From IMG/VR virus record IMGVR_UViG_3300011337_000246, positions 1 through 30,952 of that record: a stretch of 30,952 nucleotides of DNA. One strand, given 5' to 3'. The notes under the pieces are model-generated. The model ran no database searches. It was not told where the DNA came from and worked only from the letters and a program-made list of their open reading frames with translations. This document shows, piece by piece, positions 24,995-30,952 of the stretch. The DNA comes from a virus (taxonomy: Duplodnaviria; Caudoviricetes). Made by a program: the position numbers and the translations under genes. How positions within the stretch are numbered: position 1 is the stretch's first letter; the number at the start of each line of letters is the position of its first letter.

Positions 24995-25137
24995 ATGAGA
25001 TATGCAAAGATGACCGAACAAAATGGGATTACTTTTTTAAGATGAATGTAATTGAGTTCTTGAACACGATGACATTTTATAAAGACAAAAGCGAACACGA
25101 TAAAGAAATATGGACAAGGCAGCAGCAGCAGCAATAG
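24849..25137 (+). CDS. -1 frameshift extension (GT form) of the chaperone
   Basis: The -1 frame at the T run reads ...KYPNLFG...FREKWGW...FLN...F.KDK and has no strong start of its own. Confidence 0.6.
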
Positions 25138-25736
25138 GCGCAAAGTTTGGGGAATCAATTAAGGATTACACTAAAGCAAGTGAGAATGTAATTGAGGCTA
25201 TTTTACTTGACCATTGTAACGAAGGTATAAAGCTAATGTCTAAACAAATTAAATCAAAGGCAAGGACAGCACAAGCAAGCACATTGGCAGCGAGTATGAG
25301 TAATGTTCCTATTCAAGTGAGTGCAACTAAATTTCAAGTGAACACGATTACCACCGAGTATTATGCTGATTTTGTAGATAAGGGAGTGAAAGGTGTTAAG
25401 AACAAAGGCAAAGCACCACGAAGTCCATATAGCTTTAAAAACTTAGGAACACCAAAGGCAATGATTGAAAGTTTCAAGGACTATATCGCAAGGACTGGCA
25501 GCAAGTCAATGAATAAGAAAACATTGATAAGAAAGAACAAAAAGAAACAATCTGATTTAATAACTAAGGAAGCTAAACAGATGGCAGTAGCAACTAAGAT
25601 AGGAGGTATCAAACCAATGAACTTTATAAGTAAAGCAGATAACGAACAACGAACAAAACAACTTGCTCGAAGTTTAGCAGCAGGATTAGGCAAGGCAATG
25701 GCAAAGAATTTAAAATTATCAATCAATGGCAATTAA
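25110..25736 (+). CDS. tail completion/neck protein (HK97 gp10-like)
   Basis: Basic protein with L..S, Y..FVDKGV.G and GIKP.NF motifs. Confidence 0.55.
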   Translation: MDKAAAAAIGAKFGESIKDYTKASENVIEAILLDHCNEGIKLMSKQIKSKARTAQASTLAASMSNVPIQVSATKFQVNTITTEYYADFVDKGVKGVKNKGKAPRSPYSFKNLGTPKAMIESFKDYIARTGSKSMNKKTLIRKNKKKQSDLITKEAKQMAVATKIGGIKPMNFISKADNEQRTKQLARSLAAGLGKAMAKNLKLSINGN

Positions 25737-26877
25737 CATAATATCAAATCCGAATAGCGTAGTGAGTGCATTCAATCAAATGGCATTCAATGTGAGTAGT
25801 ACGCAAGCAGGACAAACGAATTTTAACTTTTTAGCGGATGTATATGTAAGTGGAATAACCAATGCAGTAAGTCGTATCGCAATACCTAAACAACCGAGTG
25901 TTAATACTTGTTTGATTGATGCAAGTCCTATATTAAAGAACTATGTTAAAAATGATTTCTTTAATGTGAATAGTAGCTTTAATTATTGCGAGCCGAACAT
26001 CAATAGTAGGGTAAAATATTACGTTCAATTCGGTGAGTTATATGATGTAAGTGGAGTGCCAACTATTTATCCTGACCTTAGAAGATTTCCAACAAGTGGA
26101 AGTAACACCGCAGTTAATGCTATATTTGATTTTGAGGATTTCAACACTAATGTTTGGAATGGATATGATGTAAGTGGATTTGGATTTTTAACAGAGATAC
26201 CTGAAAGAATAACGATTGAGCAAGGGCAAGAATTAAGATTAAGTTTTTATGACCCAAGTAACTTGATAAGGTATCTATATGTCGATGGTATTTATGAGGA
26301 TGCAATTATAGCAAACAAAATTAGTGGAGAGTTTTTGTATAACGTAAATGTAAAAAGTTTACTTGGACAAGCTGCACCTTATCAAACAATAGGAACACAC
26401 ACTATAACACTTGCAAATAGTTTTGTTGCAGCAGTTAAGACCATAACCATTGAGATAGTCGCAGCGTGTTCTAAGTTTGATACAATACGATTACATTGGT
26501 TAAATAACTTAGGTGGATGGGATAGTTACAACTTCACAAAACAATCTCTTAAATCAATGGATATCGACCGCAAACAATTCAAAAAGATGCAGTCAATTAA
26601 CTACTCAAAGAGTGATAGGTTAAAGACTAACTATAACACAACCATAACTGATAAATTACAGATTAATTCAGATTGGATAAGTGATGAAATGGCTGATTGG
26701 TTTCAAGGGTTGCTTACAAGTCCGATAGTGTACTTAGAAAGGGGTGCAGATAACTTCATAGCAGTTAACATAACTAACTCAAACTATCTAATCCAACAAT
26801 ATTTGAACGCTCGTAAGCTTCATAATTTGCAGTTAGATATTGAATACTCATACAATCGTTATACTCAATCTCAATAA
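25726..26877 (+). CDS. tail structural protein
   Basis: 383 aa; WLN.LGGWDSY.F and NSDWI......W...L.TSP.VY motifs. Confidence 0.6.
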   Translation: MAINIISNPNSVVSAFNQMAFNVSSTQAGQTNFNFLADVYVSGITNAVSRIAIPKQPSVNTCLIDASPILKNYVKNDFFNVNSSFNYCEPNINSRVKYYVQFGELYDVSGVPTIYPDLRRFPTSGSNTAVNAIFDFEDFNTNVWNGYDVSGFGFLTEIPERITIEQGQELRLSFYDPSNLIRYLYVDGIYEDAIIANKISGEFLYNVNVKSLLGQAAPYQTIGTHTITLANSFVAAVKTITIEIVAACSKFDTIRLHWLNNLGGWDSYNFTKQSLKSMDIDRKQFKKMQSINYSKSDRLKTNYNTTITDKLQINSDWISDEMADWFQGLLTSPIVYLERGADNFIAVNITNSNYLIQQYLNARKLHNLQLDIEYSYNRYTQSQ

Positions 26878-29477
26878 TGCAGAAAACAGAACTAAAAATA
26901 TACGCTGATTCGAAATATTACAATGTTGACTTGTTCGACAATGAACCTATTGAGTTGACTAAGTCTATTATTGAATTGACCGAGCCTGAACAAAGGAAGT
27001 CAGACTATACAAAGACAATCAACATACCAGGCACAGCAAACAATAATTCAATATTTAGTAACATATTTGATGTAAACCACTCAATATTGAATGGAGATAA
27101 CGCTAACTTTTATGTTGACTTTGATCCGAGAAAAAAAGCTAATTGTATTTTATACAGAGAAGGCATTCCACAGATAAGAGGTTACTTGCAGATGACTTCA
27201 ATCAACATACTTGATGAGCAAAATATCACTTATGAATTAGTGGTTTATGGTAGGGTTGCTAATTTATTTCAAGATGTCGGCGATAAGTTATTGACCGATT
27301 ACGACTTTAGCGAATACACTCATTTGTGGACTGAAACCAATGTAATTAATTCAATCAATACTTCGATTATTATCAATGGTGTAACAGCAGCATTCCAATT
27401 AGGTAGGGGTTATGTTTATCCTTTGATTGATTATGGATTTGACAATAATGCACAACAGACTTATAATGTTGACCAACTTTACCCAGCTATATATGTCAAG
27501 ACTATTTTAGATAAGATATTAAAAACTCATGGTTACAGATACGAAAGTACAATTCAATCAAACACATTTTTAAATTCAACAGAGTTTAAGCGGTTAATAG
27601 TACCTGCAAGTGGGAATGCGTTAAGACTAACAGATGACCAAATAATAGACAAGACATTTGTAGTTGATAGGACAACAGATGACAATTTAGGAGCATCAAC
27701 AAATAATATTTTTAAGTTGATGTTTAATCATAAAGTACAAGACACTGACCCAGTAGGGGTGGCAGCAAATAATTCATCATGGGTAGTACCAACTAATGGA
27801 GGTGGAACTTATAATTTTGTTTTAAAATTAAATTTAAATGCAGAATATACTGGTTCTCCTTTTACATTACCACGTTATATATTTATTACATTAAATGTAT
27901 ATTTTGTAACTACAAGTGGAAGGGTTTTAAATCCTGGTGGAACAAAACAAGAATTTGCTATTAATGAAGGTTCATATAGTCAAGACTTTTCATTAATTTA
28001 TCAATCAGATAATAGATTGATTTATGATGGTGATGAGATTTTTGTTAACTTACAAGTAACAAATATTTTTTCATTTAGTAGTTCTTTCGGTTCAGTTGGA
28101 ATTCCTATATCTCAATTAACTTTAACAATCAAAACTGGCACTGAATTTTACGACATACCAAAACCTGAACTATCGGAGTTTTCAAATGTCAATCCAACAA
28201 GCGCACTACCTGAATTAAAGGCTAAAGACTTTTTAACTGCTTTAATTAAAATGTTCAATTTATACATAGAGCCAAATCAACTTGATGATAGGTTGTTAGC
28301 GATTGAGCCTCGAGATGTTTATTATAACACTAATGTAGTTGACTTAACTAACAACTTAGATGTAAGCAAAGACTTCATTCAGAAACCGATGGGCGCATTG
28401 GACTTCAAAAGACTTGAATTTAGCTATGCAATGGATGATGACTATTGGAACAAAGACTACACAGACAAGTATAGCTATAATCATGGTTTCAAAAGATTAG
28501 AGGTTGATAATGATTTTTTAGTAGAAACAAAAAAGATAGAACTACCATTTGCACCAACACCATTAGGAAGGCCAACAAGTGATAGAATCATTCCGCAGAT
28601 AGTATGGTGGAAAGACCAAAACTCAAATAATGGTAGAGTGAATAAAACAGCAAAGCCTCGTATCTTATATTATGGTGGATTAAAGTATACTGGCAAACCT
28701 TTGATAATAAATTCAAATGGAACACCACCAACAACTACAACATATACAAACTATGGTTATGCAGGTCATGTTGATGACCCAGTTAATCCTAACTATGACT
28801 TGAATTGGGCAGTATCGCAAGAAATCTATTATACGATAGGAGGTCAAACACCGATTACTATAAACAACCTTTATAAAAGATATTGGGAGAAATACATCAA
28901 AGAAATAACGGATAAGGACAGCAAGATAATAGACTGCTATATGTACTTCAATAATGTGGAATTGCAGAACTTATCCTTCAGAAATTTGTATAAAATAGAC
29001 CGCCAATATTATAGACTATATAAAGTTGAGACAGACTTGAATAGTAATGAGCCTGCACATTGTCAGTTCTTAAAATTAAAGAATGTAAATGTCCCATTAG
29101 CAGACCAAGTATTAATTAATGGAGGTTCGCAAACAATAGAGGGAGAAAGATACACACCAATAATAAATCAAACACCAAATAGGATTGATGTAATAAATCA
29201 AAGGGAGAATTACAGCATAGAAATTAAAAGCGCAATGGGAATAACTGGATATAGGATTGAGCCTAAATCTCAATTCATCAAAGTTGATAGTGATGTTTAC
29301 TTACCACCTGCGAATGCTTCGTACGATACGGATAATAACAAGTCAATAGAAATCAAAATTTACAACAATCATACGGGTAACATCAAAGTATATACAACGG
29401 CTGACACTCATCATAGCGTAAGCAGCAAATCGGGAATCGTATTTTATTCAGATGGCACTAATTGGTATCATTTATAA
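26877..29477 (+). CDS. tail tip/baseplate hub-like protein
   Basis: 866 aa; DL...EPI.LT.SI......R.S.YTKT..IPGT.NN, YPLIDYG, KDFL..LIKMFNLY motifs. Confidence 0.6.
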   Translation: MQKTELKIYADSKYYNVDLFDNEPIELTKSIIELTEPEQRKSDYTKTINIPGTANNNSIFSNIFDVNHSILNGDNANFYVDFDPRKKANCILYREGIPQIRGYLQMTSINILDEQNITYELVVYGRVANLFQDVGDKLLTDYDFSEYTHLWTETNVINSINTSIIINGVTAAFQLGRGYVYPLIDYGFDNNAQQTYNVDQLYPAIYVKTILDKILKTHGYRYESTIQSNTFLNSTEFKRLIVPASGNALRLTDDQIIDKTFVVDRTTDDNLGASTNNIFKLMFNHKVQDTDPVGVAANNSSWVVPTNGGGTYNFVLKLNLNAEYTGSPFTLPRYIFITLNVYFVTTSGRVLNPGGTKQEFAINEGSYSQDFSLIYQSDNRLIYDGDEIFVNLQVTNIFSFSSSFGSVGIPISQLTLTIKTGTEFYDIPKPELSEFSNVNPTSALPELKAKDFLTALIKMFNLYIEPNQLDDRLLAIEPRDVYYNTNVVDLTNNLDVSKDFIQKPMGALDFKRLEFSYAMDDDYWNKDYTDKYSYNHGFKRLEVDNDFLVETKKIELPFAPTPLGRPTSDRIIPQIVWWKDQNSNNGRVNKTAKPRILYYGGLKYTGKPLIINSNGTPPTTTTYTNYGYAGHVDDPVNPNYDLNWAVSQEIYYTIGGQTPITINNLYKRYWEKYIKEITDKDSKIIDCYMYFNNVELQNLSFRNLYKIDRQYYRLYKVETDLNSNEPAHCQFLKLKNVNVPLADQVLINGGSQTIEGERYTPIINQTPNRIDVINQRENYSIEIKSAMGITGYRIEPKSQFIKVDSDVYLPPANASYDTDNNKSIEIKIYNNHTGNIKVYTTADTHHSVSSKSGIVFYSDGTNWYHL

Positions 29478-29480
29478 ATC

Positions 29481-30952
29481 ATGGCAGAAGAAACAATAAT
29501 ATTAAAAACAGAGGTTGAACTCGGTAATTCGACTAACTCGGTAAAGAGTTTAAAGGCAGAGTTAAGGGCAGTAACAAATGAACTTGCAACACTTGAAGAA
29601 GGGAGTGCAGCGTTTGTAAATGCAGCTAAAAAAGCAGGGGAATTAAAAGACAGAATCGGGGACATAAAAGATACGGTTAATGCATTTAATCCTGAAAAGA
29701 AATTCCAAGCAATAGCAGATAGTGTAGGAATAGCAGCTAATGGATTTGCAGCGATGCAAGGGGCAATGGCTTTGTTCGGTAGTGAAAGTGAAGACCTTAA
29801 TAAAATCATGGTTAAAACGCAAGGGGCAATAGCATTAGCGACTGGATTGAATGGTTTAATGGGGATGGGTGATGCTTTCAAGAATTTGCGTTTAACTACA
29901 TTAGAAGCTATTAGTGGATTGAGTAGCATGGCAACTGGAATGGGTGGGTTGAGTGGTGCATTAAATGCAATTAAAACCGCTTTATTAACTAATCCATTAT
30001 TTGTGTTAGCGAGTGTAATTGCTGGAATAGTAGTTGTGTTGAAATCGTTTTATGATGGATTAAGTAGTGGTGTTGAGATTTATAAAGCAAGTGCAAAGGC
30101 TGTCGGAGATTTAAGGAAAACATATACAAGTTTAATTGATGAAATTAAAGATTTACAAATTGAGAATGATTTAGCAAATGGTAAAATTACAGAAAAAGAT
30201 GCTGCGTTATTAAAAGATAAAAATAACTTTAAAAAAGAGTATTTAAAAATCTTAAATGAAGCAAATACAAAAGAAACTGAAATACGAGAACAAGCAGCCA
30301 AAGAAAGAGATAACGATGGATTTAAAGCTACTAAAAATATTTTAGACAAAATAGGTTTTGAAACAGCAACAACAAAAGCAGCTAAACAATCTATTGAAGA
30401 TATTGAACGACAAAAGCAAGAAAATATTGCAGCATTACGAAAGAAATATTCATTAGTAAGTTCAAACACAATTATTGAGGAAACAAAAAAAGAAGTTGAT
30501 GAAAAAACTCAAAAAGATGCAAAATTAAAAGCTATAAATGACAAAAGAGAAGCAGAGGAAAAAAAGAAAGCAGACGATAAAAAGAAAAAGGATAAAAAAG
30601 ATTTAGATGATATTGGCGATGCATTAATAAAAGATTTAGAAAAACAACAAGCAAGAAAAGAAGAATACAAACAACAAGAAGCAGATAATAGACAATATAA
30701 TTTTGAGCAAAAATTATTAGATGATAAAGAAGAAATAGAAAAAGAAAATGAAAAAAATCAACAGATTGCGGATGATGAAAAGGCAACAGCAGAGGAAAGA
30801 TACGCAGCGATAAAAAAATTAAATGAAGCAGGTGTAATATCTGACAAGGAGGCAAGTGATGCAAAAATAGCAATAGCACAAGCAGAGAAAGACGCTAAAT
30901 TAAATTTATTAGCTGCTTATGGGCAAACACTTGGTCAAGTTGCAAACTTATT
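29481..30952 (+). CDS. tape measure protein, 3'-truncated
   Basis: Absent from the ORF track because it runs off the window; MAEETIILKTEVELGNSTNSVKSLKAELR..., Ala/Gly-rich hydrophobic segment (AMQGAMALFGSESEDL, NPLFVLA), then a long K/E coiled coil. Confidence 0.8.
   Translation, partial: MAEETIILKTEVELGNSTNSVKSLKAELRAVTNELATLEEGSAAFVNAAKKAGELKDRIGDIKDTVNAFNPEKKFQAIADSVGIAANGFAAMQGAMALFGSESEDLNKIMVKTQGAIALATGLNGLMGMGDAFKNLRLTTLEAISGLSSMATGMGGLSGALNAIKTALLTNPLFVLASVIAGIVVVLKSFYDGLSSGVEIYKASAKAVGDLRKTYTSLIDEIKDLQIENDLANGKITEKDAALLKDKNNFKKEYLKILNEANTKETEIREQAAKERDNDGFKATKNILDKIGFETATTKAAKQSIEDIERQKQENIAALRKKYSLVSSNTIIEETKKEVDEKTQKDAKLKAINDKREAEEKKKADDKKKKDKKDLDDIGDALIKDLEKQQARKEEYKQQEADNRQYNFEQKLLDDKEEIEKENEKNQQIADDEKATAEERYAAIKKLNEAGVISDKEASDAKIAIAQAEKDAKLNLLAAYGQTLGQVANL

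Noticed and set aside
29468-30879. Minus-strand ORFs here and elsewhere (e.g. 12633-13112, 1007-1249)
   Set aside because: They are antisense shadows of well-supported + strand genes with no recognisable motifs.
1-30952. tRNA/rRNA genes and diversity-generating retroelement
   Set aside because: No cloverleaf, reverse transcriptase or template/variable repeat pair was seen by eye; tRNAscan and a self-alignment would be needed to exclude them.

Overview
AT-rich tailed-phage (siphovirus-like) genome segment with every supportable gene on the + strand. The host is probably Bacteroidota, judged from TAnnTTTG promoters and A-rich starts lacking Shine-Dalgarno motifs. Gene order: portal and head-completion genes, lysis region (holin candidates, HNH, GH24 endolysin, metallophosphoesterase, u-spanin), early/recombination genes (Cro-like, Xis-like, Sak/Rad52, NinG, RNAP alpha-CTD protein), replication initiator, small accessory genes, sigma-like factor, glycosyltransferase/methyltransferase cluster, TerS/TerL, tail genes and a truncated tape measure. 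I did not recognise a major capsid protein, integrase or repressor. Three observations stand out. (1) At 14675-16520 there is an array of five integron-like gene cassettes: each gene is preceded by a TAAC...GTTA hairpin and bracketed by its own inverted repeat, and no recombinase is present in the window. (2) A 39-nt in-frame insert with two stop codons and a GNRA hairpin splits the TerL Walker A motif, a candidate for translational bypassing. (3) An HNH cassette interrupts the endolysin gene and supplies a replacement N-terminus. Several candidate regulatory RNAs and a -1 frameshift site are also visible. All product calls come from motif recognition by eye; no database search was run.
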